Source: Geosiphon pyriformis uo1 (taxonomy: Eukaryota > Fungi > Glomeromycota). From it: a stretch of 64,000 bases of DNA. Every line of letters starts with the position of its first letter. Position 1 is the stretch's first letter. The notes below the pieces were generated by a model. It was not told the origin of the DNA. It searched no databases and worked only from the letters and a program-made list of their open reading frames with translations. The position numbers were made by a program, and so were the translations under genes. The stretch spans positions 1 to 64,000 of the forward strand of contig JAAOMT010000590.1 of NCBI GenBank assembly GCA_016748015.1, given 5' to 3'. Shown piece by piece: positions 1 to 13,500 of the stretch.

Positions 1-259
1 CCCTAGCCCTAACCCTACCCCTAACCCTAACCCTAACCCTAACCCTAACCCTAACCCTAACCCTAACCCTAACCCTAACCCTAACCCTAACCCTAACCCT
101 AACCCTAACCCTAACCCTAACCCTAACCCTAACCCTAACCCTAACCCTAACCCTAACCCTAACCCTAACCCTAACCCTAACCCTAACCCTAACCCTAACC
201 CTAACCCTAACCCTAACCCTAACCCTAACCCTAACCCCTAACCCTAACCCTAACCCTAA
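1..259 (-). repeat. Telomeric repeat array (CCCTAA)n = (TTAGGG)n
   Basis: Near-perfect CCCTAA tandem array from base 1; C-rich strand on + as expected at a left chromosome end. Confidence 0.98.
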
Positions 260-768
260 CCCTATCCCTATCCCTATCCCTATAAATATCCCTATCCCTA
301 TCCCTATCCCTATCCCTATCCCTAACCCTATAAATATCCCTATCCCTATTCCTATCCCTATCCCTATAAATATCCCTATCCCTATAAATATCCCTATCCC
401 TATAAATATCCCTATCCCTATCCCTATCCCTATAAATATCCCTATCCCTATAAATATCCCTATAAATATCCCTATAAATATCCCTATCCCTATCCTTAAC
501 TCTATCCCTATCCCTATCCCTATCCCTATCCTTAACTCTATCCCTATCCCTATCCCTATCCCTATCCCTATCCCTATAAATATCCCTATAAATATCCCTA
601 TCCCTATAAATATCCCTATAAATATCCCTATCCCTATCCCTATCCCTATCCCTATCCCTATCCCTATAAATATCCCTATCCCTATCCCTATCCCTATAAA
701 TATCCCTATCCCTATAAATATCCCTATCCCTATCCCTATAAATATCCCTATCCCTATAAATATCCCTA
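260..768. repeat. Telomere-variant repeats CCCTAT interspersed with CCCTATAAATAT
   Basis: Read directly; the hexamer phase continues from the CCCTAA array. Confidence 0.95.
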
Positions 769-1106
769 NNNNNNNNNNNNNNNNNNNNNNNNNNNNNNNN
801 NNNNNNNNNNNNNNNNNNNNNNNNNNNNNNNNNNNNNNNNNNNNNNNNNNNNNNNNNNNNNNNNNNNNNNNNNNNNNNNNNNNNNNNNNNNNNNNNNNNN
901 NNNNNNNNNNNNNNNNNNNNNNNNNNNNNNNNNNNNNNNNNNNNNNNNNNNNNNNNNNNNNNNNNNNNNNNNNNNNNNNNNNNNNNNNNNNNNNNNNNNN
1001 NNNNNNNNNNNNNNNNNNNNNNNNNNNNNNNNNNNNNNNNNNNNNNNNNNNNNNNNNNNNNNNNNNNNNNNNNNNNNNNNNNNNNNNNNNNNNNNNNNNN
1101 NNNNNN
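769..1106. other. Assembly gap (N run)
   Basis: 338 N bases. Confidence 1.
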
Positions 1107-1363
1107 TCTAACCCTAACCCTAACCCTAACCCTAACCCTAACCCTAACCCTAACCCTAACCCTAACCCTAACCCTAACCCTAACCCTAACCCTAACCCTA
1201 ACCCTAACCCTAACCCTAACCCTAACCCTAACCCTAACCCTAACCCTAACCCTAACCCTAACCCTAACCCTAACCCTAACCCTAACCCTAACCCTAACCC
1301 TAACCCTAACCCTAACCCTAACCCTAACCCTAACCCTAACCCTAACCCTAACCCTAACCCTAA
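1107..1363 (-). repeat. Second (CCCTAA)n telomeric array
   Basis: Perfect CCCTAA tandem array after the gap. Confidence 0.97.
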
Positions 1364-1688
1364 CCCTATCCCTATCCCTATCCCTATCCCTATAAATATC
1401 CCTATCCCTATCCCTATCCCTATAAATATCCCTATCCCTATAAATATCCCTATCCCTATCCCTATAAATATCCCTATCCCTATAAATATCCCTATCCCTA
1501 TCCCTATAAATATCCCTATCCCTATCCTTATCCCTATCCCTATCCCTAACCCTATAAATATCCCTATCCCTATTCCTATCCCTATCCCTATTCCTATCCC
1601 TATCCCTATCCCTATAAATATCCCTATAAATATCCCTATAAATATCCCTAACCCTAACCCTATCCCTATCCTTATAAATATCCCTATC
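1364..1688. repeat. Telomere-variant repeats CCCTAT / CCCTATAAATAT
   Basis: Same unit types as 260-768. Confidence 0.95.
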
Positions 1689-2215
1689 TCATTTTTTATC
1701 TTTATTTTTATTTCTATTCTTATCCTAATCTCTATTCTTATTTCTGTCCTTATTCTTATCTCTATTCTTATTGTTACCTTTATTTTTATTCTTATCTCTA
1801 TTTCTATTTCTATTCTTATTCTTATTTTTATCTCTATCTTTATTCCTATTTTTATCTCTATTTTTATTCTTATTCTTATCTTTATTTCAATCCTTATTTC
1901 TATTCTTATTTTTATTTTTATTTCTATTTTTATCTATATTTTTATTACTATTTTTGTTTTTATTACTATTATTTTTATTCTTATCTTTATCTCTAATCTT
2001 ATTCTTATTTTTATTATCTCTATTCTTATTCTTATTCTTATTCTTATTTTTATTTCTATCCTTATTTCTATTCTTATTTCTATCCTTATCTCTATCCTTA
2101 TTTTTATTTTTATTTTTATCTCTATTTTTATCTCTATTTTTATCTCTATTTTTTATTTTTATTTTTTTTTTTTATTTTTATTTCTATTTCTATTTTTATT
2201 TTTATTTTTATTCTA
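1689..2215. repeat. Degenerate hexamer tract (YYYTAT units), a C->T-decayed telomere-variant repeat
   Basis: 6-bp periodicity is kept (TCTTAT, CTCTAT, TTCTAT, TTTTAT), with C content falling inward. Confidence 0.85.
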
Positions 2216-4759
2216 ATTTAAATATTTATAAAATCTATTTTTCTAAATAGTTTTAATCAAAACAATAAGTCTAATATTAATATATAAATTTTTTAAACAT
2301 TCAAACTTCTTTTTAAAATTAAAAACTAATTTATATACTAAACAAAAATTTAATTAATCTAAAAGCATCTTTAAAACAATGTTATTTTAATATTTTTATA
2401 ATTTATTAGTAATATCAAAAAACTTACAGTTTTTTTATTAAACAAAATTTTAATTAATAATAATATTTTATTATATACAATAATATTTATTATATTAAAA
2501 AAAAATATTATTATTAATATAAGTCAAAAACTTATATTACTTTATAAGTTAAATATATTATTTAATACTAATTTTTTTTTATTTAACTTTTTATAATTAT
2601 ATTAATTTTAAACTTGATTTTACCAAAACTCAGAACCAATTTATTATTGATAATCAAATAATCAAAAATAAATATTTTAAAACATATTTGATTATATAAT
2701 TTTTTGAACAATAAAATTATCTATATATTTGATAATAACAAATTTAATATTTAATTTTTCAGCTCCTAATAATTTAGCAAGCTTAAAAACATTGTTATAA
2801 TTCAAAAATTTAACTATATTATAGCATAATAATAATCTTAAAAATATAATAAATAAATTTATAAATACTAACTTATAATAATAGCTAATAATAATTAATA
2901 ATAGCAACAAATACCAAATTAAAATATTAAAAAAAATATTACAATATATTTTTTTGTAAAACTTATATATAATAGCTTTAATATTAAAAGAACTTATTTT
3001 ACTTTAATTTTTACTTTTAAAATAAATATTACAAAAATAACTTTAGAAAAATTCTTAAACAGTAAGTAAATTTCAGTTTAATTTTTAAAAAAGAGTATAT
3101 AAATATATACAATAATTAAAAATTAACTTATACTATAATATTAAAAAAAAAGTCTTTAGTATAAACAATAATATTATCATACAAATAGAATTGAAAAACT
3201 TATAAAAGACTAATTGTAATTAATACAAAATATTCACAATTAAAATAACCAAAAAAACTATTCTATAATAACATAATAATTTTTTAAACTATTTTTTTAA
3301 ATATTTTATTAGTCAAAAGATATATTATTTTTTAAATAATATTTTATATTATATTTAAATTTATAATTCTTTTAAAAGCAACAAATTTCTTAAATTATAT
3401 TACAATATTAATAAATATAGTACTTTTAAATTAGTTTTATTTAATATTATTAGTATTTTTAAAATTAAACTTTTAACAGTATTTATTTATTTGTTTATAA
3501 AAAAATTTAATTACATATTTAACAAATTATTTAAATTTACAAAAACAAAAACAGCTTAATAATCAATATTAAAGTATTTACTAACTTTTAAAACTTTATA
3601 ATTTATTATTATATTAATAAGATTCTAAAAAAAAAACACATATTTAATTGTTTTTTTACATTTCTAAAAATTTTTATGTTAAAATTTTAGTAATTAAGCT
3701 TTTTATTAAAAAATTAATTTGTTTTAAATTAAAACATTTTTTAAAATTAACATACTTATAAAACCTATTTTTATTAAAATTACTATTTAAAATTATAAAA
3801 GAAGATTTATTTACAGTTTATAATTAAAAAATTAATTTTTTCAGTTTAAATTAAACATATTATCAAGTAATATTAGCATATAATTCTAAAATTAAAACAA
3901 AAAACTTATTTTTAAAAAGTAACTCAATAAACAAAAATTAATTAGCAATTTTAATAACTTTGTATATATTTATAATAATTATAACACTAAATTCTAAATA
4001 TTCAAAATTCAAACCAAAAATAAAAACTTAAATATCTTGAAATTTGTTAGTTATTTATAGATATACTTTATTTTTAATTTAATCTTAGTAATAATAGAAG
4101 TCTAAGGTTGGTCTTCTGCTTGACTTCCCCAATGATACACTCCATTATCTCTTTTTGTATAGTCTAAAAACTTTCGAACAAATTCAGGCTAAAAGCAAAT
4201 CGGCTTCCGTTGTCTCCTTTATGAATTTTGTCAGGATATTAGGTTGTTTGTTCTCTCACAGGTCTTATGATTTTCAGGTTCTCAGTTGACATTCCCATCA
4301 TTTTTTGCAATTTTCGGTTCATATTAAAGTCTTTTCTACAAACAATTTTTTGGCTGGGGTGGTCTGCATCTTTTCTGGATGCAACTTGTCTCTTGGTAAT
4401 TCTTTTTCTAGTGCTTTTTATTTTCGTGGTGGTACTCCTATGTCTCTTGTTCTTGGTGAGCATTGCTTTTCCAAAAATGTTTCCTTACTCCGCTGCTATG
4501 GTGTTGCTTTTATGGAGCAACTACGTGACTAGACCGGTACCGTTTTTAGTTGGAATGTCTTCAAGCATTGGAAAAGACTAAACCTCCATGGCCCAGTTCT
4601 TCTCTGGTTCAATTTCTCTGTACGATTTCTTAGTGGTGTTGTTTTTTTTTCTTCAGTTTGCCTTTCTTCTGTGGATGGTTATGCTCTTTCTGATGTTCTT
4701 CAATCACATGATTTTGGTGTTGTTTGTAATGCTCTGTTGAACACTGAAGCTGCTGTTAG

Positions 4760-5160
4760 TCTTTCTGTATATGTAGATAAGTCTCTGGATAATTTGGGTA
4801 CTGTTGATATAAAAGCTGGTGCTACTGCTTTTTTTGAAAACATTTATTTGGGTTTGGGCATAAAAGTGTCTGGCTTGGTTTCTTTGACAATGACAGAATT
4901 ACAGACCATAGCTTTGGTGCTTGAGTATATTTCTCCTTTTTGTTCAGTTGACTTATTTTTGGACAGCCAAGTGGCTTTGGACACATGTGAGTTTGAGTCT
5001 TCACTGATTTGTCCTGATTTCAGAAATTGGTGCTGGATCGAATGTCACCACATAGCTGATGTTATTTAGAAAAAGAATTTGAATGTGAATTGGGTCAAAG
5101 TTAAGGGTTATTCAGGTGTCTCAGACAATAAGTAAGCCAATGCACTTGCTAAAACAGCAG
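4760..5160 (+). pseudogene. LINE RNase H domain (disrupted by stops)
   Basis: LSVYVDKS...TMTELQTIALVL...VDLFLDSQVAL...WVKVKGYSGVSDNK*ANALAK follows the RNase HI D-E-D-(D) layout and the WVKVKGHSG-type motif. Confidence 0.85.
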
Positions 5161-5310
5161 CTTATTCTTTTTGGGCGGCTATTTCACAAGATTGGTAAGT
5201 GCTTTTTAAAAGGTGGTGGTTCTGTGATTTCTGGTAATTCAAGACACTTTGTTTATGATGTTTTTCAGTCTATTCACTGTGCATGTTGAGAGATTGGCTC
5301 TGGTTCCCAG

Positions 5311-6051
5311 GTGATAGTTGGTAGTTTACATGATGATATTAATTGGTCCAGGTCTTCTTTGGTATGGCACCCAGACTCCCATATGGCTGCTGGTTCTATT
5401 AATGCATGTATAGCTGGCCTTTGGACTTACTTTATGAAGGCTCTACACCATCAACTTCTTGTGGCTGTGTGTAAGCATCTGTATGATAAATGTTATCCCA
5501 GTGTGGTGTGTTTATTCTGCAACAATGTTGAGGTTTCTGACCATGTCTTTTCTTGCTCCTTTGATGCTGCTGGTTGTTTTCATTTGATGAATACTTTCAG
5601 GGCTACTTGGAAGGCCTGTTCTGGTCTATCTCGTTCTTTCTCATGCGTTTTATAGTTGTTGTCTATTTGTGTTTCTGATGTTATGACCAGTGCAGCTCTG
5701 TATAAAGGCTTTGTTTTCAAGGATTGGTATCATGAATTTGTTCCCACTTTTAAAGACCCAAAGATGGCAGTTATGAATGTAGTGAACTTTGTGTGCAATT
5801 TTTGTATTGCATTCTGGGATGACATTTGGCTGGTCTATGTGAAACACCATGCTGTTATGGAAAAGAACAGACTAATCCCTCATGATTGCTTTATTCCTGT
5901 CTCTGTTCCTGGTCTTTCCGAAAGGCTTTTGTCAGGTGTTGTTAGGTTGTTGGGTGTTAATAAAGCATTTGGCATCAGCTTTAAGTTTCATAAGTCCTGT
6001 TTGTTTTTTTCTGGTATTTGTGACAAGGTTTTGGTTCATATAGGTGTCTAG
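5311..6051 (+). pseudogene. LINE ORF2 C-terminus with zinc-binding motif CLFCNNVEVSDHVFSC
   Basis: ORFs 5311-5655 and 5656-6051 are in one frame split by a single TAG; CX2CX7HX3C is typical of LINE ORF2 C-termini. Confidence 0.8.
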
Positions 6052-8149
6052 TGTGGTTTTAACTGGTCTGAATGGCTGGTCACATGTAGTAAGAGCATGA
6101 TTCATACCTAGTTTAGATCATTTGAATGATGTATAACACTAGATAATATTTGGACTTTACTCATTAAGTATTAATAAAAAAAAAAATAACAATAGAAATT
6201 AAATTGTTTATTTTTTATGTTAATAAATAATATTTTCTTGTTTAATAAAATTATTTATATTTATTATATGTAATAATTTTTCAAATAAAATTAATTATTA
6301 AAATATTAAAAAAAAATTATTTTAAGTTAAAATTAAACTATTGAACTTTGTAAACAAATTTATAACTAAATTAAACAAAATTTTTTAATGAAGTTATTAA
6401 CTTAATCATATTTAAAAATACTAAAAAACTTAGTTTTATAGCAGTTTTATTATTAATAAATGTATTTAAATCTTTTTATATTATTATATTATCTATTTAA
6501 ATTTGTGATAAAAAAATTATTAACAGCTAATATTTAGAGTTAGATTAGAAAACTACTAATATAAATATATATAATATTTTAAACAATTTATTAATTTATT
6601 TTATAAAATTAATATAATTGTTTTCAATTTTGTTAAAATATAAATCCAAATTACTATTAATTATTAAAAAAATTTAACTTTATTTAAAAAATCAAACTAA
6701 AAAAAAACACCAGAAAACATTTAAAAGAAAGTTTTACTAACAATAGATGCCTAAATTTACCATCAAAAACTACCAAACAGACAATAAAAACTAATTTTTT
6801 TGCATAAATTTAAGTTAATATAAACTAATTTAAAGTTAAAAAAAAGTCTTTTTTATTTTTAGTGTTAGTTTATTATTAATTAAACTACATTCAAAAAAAG
6901 TATGACCAAATTTATTACAGACTAAACAGAAAACTAAAAACAAATAAAACCAATAAAAAGTAACACTTTTTATAATAAAGATCATAGCTAATATTTTAGT
7001 TAAATTTTTTTAAATTAAAATACACAGTTATATATCTAATATAATTAATTACACAAAATTTTTTACTAATTAAACCAATAAAATTTTAAAAATTATAAGT
7101 ATTTGTTTTTATAAGAAGTATATAAAATAAAGTTTAAAACTTATCTTAAAAATTCTATAATTGTTTATTAATATTAGCTCTGACTATACAAACTGTATTT
7201 TTTTATATAAAAATAAATTATTTAGATATTAAAAGATCAGTTTAATTTTAAATATCTAATTTAATGATTATTTTTTGTTATAATTTTATTAATTATATTT
7301 TAATTAACTTAATAATATTAAAATCAGTAAATAAAACTTATATAATTTTTATAGATATTTTTATAAAAATTTTTTTTATAATAATTGCTTAATTTGTATG
7401 ATTATTTATTAGCTTTTTGTGATTGGTGTTTATTATAATATCTTAATTATTTGCCAAATTTGTTATAATTAACAATTTTTTTTTAAAAATAAAAAATGCC
7501 TAAATTATTTTACCAAATTTTGAAAAGTAGAAATTTTTTTAAAATTATTTATATCAAAAAAAAATTTTTAATAATCTTTAATTTGTCTTAAAAATCTTCT
7601 TACAAATTCATATTTAAAGCAAAAAATTTCTAAACCAGAATGTTTATTAGTAGTTTTAATAAATAAAAAAAAAAAAAAGTTATTTAAAATATTATTATTA
7701 TTGTTATTATTATTATTATTAAAATTAATTATATTCAAAAATTTTCTTAATACTTATTTTATTACAATTTTTTTGGGTATTTTAGAAGTTATATTAATAT
7801 ATTTTTAATAAATTTATTATTATTTTCAACTTAAAAACTTATTTTCTTAATTAAAATTTTTAATACTTAAACTGCTATTTATATTAACAACTCTATATAT
7901 TTAAACAAAAAAAATTTAAATATATCTAACTAAATAATAAAAAATAAAAGAAAACAAAATTTTTTTTTTAAAAATAATATAATTTTTTAAGAATTTAAGA
8001 TATAAAAAAGAAAAAAGTTTTTTAATATATAAATTATACAAATTAAAATTAGATAAAAAATATTAAAAAAAGCAGTATATAATAATTAGCTAAAATTATA
8101 TTATAGTAAACCAATATTAATAACACAAATACTTAAAATTAAAATATAA

Positions 8150-9599
8150 TTACTATTAATATTACTAAATAAAATTTTATAAAATTTAATATTGGTTAAT
8201 AACTTGGCTTTAAGTTCAACTAATTCGAAAATTTTGACATATATAACTGTATTTTAGAGAGTATTTAGATGTAATAAGTGTACTTATTACAAAAAACTAC
8301 TGTATAATACATGAATAAACTAATTCAAAATCTGTAGTACTATAAAATAATCAGTTTCAATTGCTTGAATTTGGCACAGATTTTGATAAAAATATTTTAA
8401 ATACATGGTAATTATTTTAGTATTGTTTTGTTTGATAGTAGTAAATTCAATTAATAATCAATTAATGCTGTTATGATTGTTGAAATATTGTAAAAATACA
8501 GTTTTAGACATGTCAAAATCTTGGAATTTGTTTACAAAATTTTGATATTACAAGTCTATAGTATCTTGTAAGAAATATAAAATGGCTTGAAAAACTTTAA
8601 CATTATATTATTTATTGATTGTGATGACTTTTTTTATATTGTTTAGCTATACTTAAGTGTTGTCTTCTTTATTAATAAATTTTTTAAGTTTGATAATTAA
8701 TGTATATATTATTTGTGTAAGTTGTTATTGTTATAATTATTAAGGAGTAATAATTGATACTATTAGCAATTAATTAATCGAAATAATTAAAAATAGATAT
8801 TATTAAAAAATAGGAGTAAGATTTAAATTGTTTAGGTTTTATTGAGTTTGAACAATCAAAGTTTAAACTTTTAGATTATTTAGAATTGGGTTTTGATTAA
8901 TATTTTTCTGATTACTGTTTTTTTTTCTTTTAAATTAATGTTTATTTAATTACTAGTAGATTTGAAATTTGGTTAAGATAGCAGTAATTAAAATTTTGAT
9001 AAAGTTGTTAGTTGTAATTTAAATTCTTCAAAAAATTGCTATAGATTTTTAATAATTTGGTTTTTTTCTAATTATTTTGAAATAGCACTTATAATAATAA
9101 TGTTTTGGTAGTTGATAATAATATAGATTTAGATAGTATATAGTAATAAGATGAATGTAATAAAAAAATAATTTTGGATTTTTTCTAATTAAGTAGTTGT
9201 ATTAGTTTAGGTATATTTGCTAATGTTTTTATTTTGTTTTTGTTTTTGTTCACAAATATTATAGAAAATTTTTGCTAAGTATATCTTTTAATTTTATAAT
9301 TAATTTTGATAATAATTAAAGCAAAATTGTAATTCAATAGTAAGTTAATATATTAAAGTAATTTATTATAGAAATTTCTTCTTGCTAATTTAAAATCTGC
9401 TTATTTTTCTAAAAAATATACAATTTTTTTATTGACATAAAAATTGAAAGCTAATTGAAAAATAATTTCTAATTAATTTTAACTGTTGTTAATATTATTA
9501 AAATAAAAATTTGTTCTTATTATTTTTGATTTTGCCATTTTTTTAAATGGTTGTTGTTAATAGTTTTTTGTTGTATTATATCTCACAAAAAGCACCAAA
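8150..9599 (-). mobile_element. Ty3/gypsy family A copy A1: PBS plus highly decayed gag, truncated on the telomere side
   Basis: Colinear by eye with A3 gag (37740-39240); PBS TGGTGCTTTTTGTGAG at 9597-9582; left boundary approximate. Confidence 0.75.
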
Positions 9600-10562
9600 T
9601 GTTACAAATAATTATTTGGAGTGTTAGAACAAATAACAAATCTGTAATTTAATGCTCAATAACAGTTAATAATAGTAATTTCTAAAGATTTTAAAGTCTA
9701 AAGGTTTTGGTTAAGTTTTTTGTATAATGAACAAAAATTTAATTAATAATTTCTTCTATGAATTTTTTTTTAGTATGATAGCCAGTTTATTTTAACAGTC
9801 ATGCTATTCTAATAAGCTATTTTTAAATTTTTATTTTTATTTCTGAGTTTTTTACCAGGCTATTTTTAATATTAAATAGTTAGTGCTTAATTTTTTTAAT
9901 CAATTAGTAACAACAAAAAAACAAAACAAAAGAAAATAAAAAAAATAAAAAAAAATAAAAAAAAAAATAAAAAATTAGTATCTCATTAATAGTCATGATC
10001 AAAAGTTATTGATCTAATATAATTAAGTATTAAATTTTATTAACATGAAGTATTAATAGAATAAAAATGATTAATATTTCTTAATTAAGTAATGATAACA
10101 TGGATTTAGGTGATAATCAATATTTTATTAATATATAATTTAATTTCATTTTAAGTTGTAAAAAACTAACTTTTGAAAAAAGAAGTATTGGTTAATTAAA
10201 AAGTTTTAACTAAGTATTAGTATCAATTCTGTTTTTTTTTGCTTCTAATACTCTCATTATATATACATAATTTTTATTATATAAAATTTTATATTTTCTT
10301 GAACAATGTTCCTTATTTTTTTTAACAATATGTTTATTGTTAAACAATATGCTATAATTTTTTGACAAATGTTTATTGCTAAGCAGTATATTATAATTTA
10401 CTAATAATATGTACATTGCTAAGCAATATATTATAATTTTCTGATATTGTATTCACTTGCTAAGTACTATTCTCCTATTAGTCTATTTACTATTCTTCTA
10501 TTGGTCTATTTTTTTATTTGTTTATCTTACTTTTTTTTCTTGTACTTTTTTTATGAGTAATA
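9600..10562 (-). repeat. Family A LTR with the PBS of A1 on one side and the PPT of A2 on the other
   Basis: Starts TGTTACA and ends GTAATA (decayed GTAACA); homologous to the LTR at 28764-29672. Confidence 0.85.
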
Positions 10563-13500
10563 TTATCTTTTCTTTTAATATTAAGCTTTGTTAAAATTTT
10601 TATTTTAGATTAAGTCTATTACTTTTCTTTTTAATATTGTTTGTTCAATTCTGTTCCTTATTTTTTCATATTAAGAATTGTTTATTTTTTTTTATTAATT
10701 AATAGTTATTGTTTTTATTTCTTGGTATAGTAGTATTTTTTGATAATTTTAAAATATATTATGTAGTTAGTAAATTGTTTTAATATATAGTTTAGAATTT
10801 GTTTTCTTTCTAATAGAATCTTCAATCTGTTTTACTATTTCTTAATTAAATATTATTTGAATTTATCAATATATAATTTCTGGATATTTAACTTTTGTTC
10901 TAACTAATAATAACAGTATAATATTAGAAGTTGTTTTATCCATAGCTTCCAGTTTTCTTTAGTTAACTTTTTTGTTAGAATTATTAGTAGTATTTTTCCA
11001 AAAGTGTTTTTTACTTTTTCTATAACTTTATCTGATCAGTGTTTTGTTTGGTTTTGTGGTTGCTAATATGAGGTAATTTTTATTTTTTTTTATTTTGGTA
11101 TTTTAATAGCAAATTGTTTAATGATTGATAATAATTTTTATATCTAATTGTTATTAATTTATGGCTTGGAATAATTGTTAAGCCATTATGTAAATGTGGT
11201 TTGGGATTTTTCTCTTTTTATTGTTGCTTTTGTCATATATATCATGTTTTTTATATACTATTTTTATGGATTAATTTGACATGTTTGTGTTAATAATTAT
11301 AATTGGTTTTAGATCTCATAAAATTTTATCTGGTTAAACTAATATTTATTGTATTTTTAGTTATAGAATATTACTAATAAATGACAATAATATATTGTAA
11401 TATAGCTTTAATTAATTCTTATGTACTGCTTTAATTAAAATTTTGTTGTTTTATTTTAATTTATAAGCTTTATTTTCTAGAATTTTTTCAATATAAAATA
11501 GTTCATCTTATTTGAAATCAAATTTTTCATTCTATTGTTTTTTCACTTTAGAATAATATAAGAGTATTTTGTCTCCAATTTTGAATTCAATTAGTTTATT
11601 TAACAATTGATTATCATATTATTTTTTTTGTTTTGCTTGTAATTTTTGTATATTATTAACTGCTTTTTGTCTTTTGTTTTTTAATGTTTCTATTAAGTCA
11701 TATGTTCTTTTTAGCAATATTCTTTGGAAGTTGGCTTCTATTATTAGTTTGGTTGAATATGTGTTGATATCTATCTTAACTAATAATATTACTGTTTTAT
11801 TATAATCAAATTCAAATAGTGTTGCTTGTGTAGTATCTTGCTTTATTTTTTAATAAGCAAATAATACTAATAGTATAAATAAATCTTAATTATCTTGGTT
11901 TTCTTGGCTAATTTTGGCTATTGTTTTACACAATGTTCTGTTGAACTTTTTAATTAAGCTATTTATTTATGAATGATATAGTAATAATAATAGTTTTTTA
12001 ATTCCAAATTTTTAACTTAGTTCTGTTAATATTCTGTTCACAAAGTGAATTTTTTGGTCTAATAATAGATTTTTTGAACATATATATTAACAAATTAAAT
12101 CTTGATATATGAATTTGGCTACAAATTTTGCATCTGCTTTTTGAATTGTTTTTGCTTCTGGCCATTTTGTAAGATAGTTTATAACTACTATTATATAATG
12201 ATTGCTTTTGCTAATTATTGTTAATAGTCTAACTAAGTCAATTCCAATTTAATCAAATGATTGTCCTATTTTGATTAATTTTAGTAATTTACTGAATCTT
12301 ATTTCTCTTTTTTTTTAATAAACATTACAATTTTAAACATATTAGATGATGTTTGGATACATGAGTGGCCAATAGTATTTTATTTTAGTTTTTTTCATGA
12401 TTGCTTCTTTATAAAAATGTCTTGCTGTTTAATCTAAGTGCATATTAAATAATATTGCGTCTTTTTCCGGTTTTGTAATTACTCTAAGTGGCTGATTTAG
12501 GTATTTTCTGTTCTTTCAGTATAATATATTTTAATAAGTAATAAAATATTTTGCTTGTTGTTTTATGTTGTTTTGTTTCTTTTAAGATAACTTTTTCTTA
12601 AACTATTGAGTATAAATATAATATTAAAGTTGTTAATATTTTTGTGTATTCATTATTTGTTATATTTTTGGGTTGAAATGTTTTTAAATTTGTTTCATTT
12701 ACAACAAACCATTGACATTTCCATTTTTTTTTCTTTTTTTATAATATACTATATAATTTAATAATAATAGTTTTATTTTTTATTTTACATGACAGTTGTT
12801 TCCAAATTTTTGCTTCTAGATTGATGTTAATTTTTTGTAATTAGTATATATATTAAATTTTTGATTCAAATATTTTTTTTATTTAATAACAGCCCAATAA
12901 ATAACCAAATATTCTAATGTTGGAGTTCCAAAGTTTTTTTCAGCTGAGCTTAAGCTCCAGCTGACATATACTATTAAGTGTTCTTTTATATTTGGTTATT
13001 TTTGTGACAATATTTCTTCTAAAACTTGACTGGATACATTAGTAATAATAATAAATAGTTTGCTATAATCTAAATAGATTAGTACTGGTGCTTAAATAAG
13101 CTTTTTTTTTAAGATGTCAAAAGCTTTTTGTTAGATTTCAGTTTATTTATATTTCACATTCTTTGCTTAGAGCTGGTAAAGTGGTTGAGCCAGTTTAGAA
13201 AAGTTTTGAATAAAGTGGCAATAATATCCAGCAAATCTCAAGAATGTTCTTAATTTTGTAAGATTTATTGGTACTGAAAAGTTTTTGACTATTTCAATCT
13301 TCTCTGAATTATTTTAATATCATTTTTGCTCATAACATGTCCCAAAAATTTCAGTTCTGTTTTGTCAAAGAAGCACTTGTTTGCATTCAGTTTTAATTTA
13401 GTTCTCTTTAGTCTTTTAAACACTTATTGGAGATAGTAAAAATAATTATTAAATGTCTTGGAAAACACATTGGTGTCATTTAAGTAAACTACTACTGACT

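Larger units (their letters stand above)
4100..6186 (+). mobile_element. 5'-truncated non-LTR retrotransposon (LINE): post-RT region, RNase H, C-terminal Cys/His motif, 3' UTR, poly(A)
   Basis: Sharp GC rise against the flanks; RNase H and CX2CX7HX3C motifs; poly(A) at ~6176-6186; candidate TSD TAATAATAGAA (4089-4099) vs TAACAATAGAA (6187-6197). Confidence 0.88.

Noticed and set aside
1771-2250. 159-aa F/L/S-rich ORF that looks like a membrane protein
   Set aside because: It is a translation of the decayed hexamer repeat
4100-6186. LINE as a telomere-maintaining or telomere-targeting element (TRAS/SART/MoTeR-like)
   Set aside because: It is a single truncated copy about 1.9 kb inside the decayed repeats, not inserted in or tailed by TTAGGG
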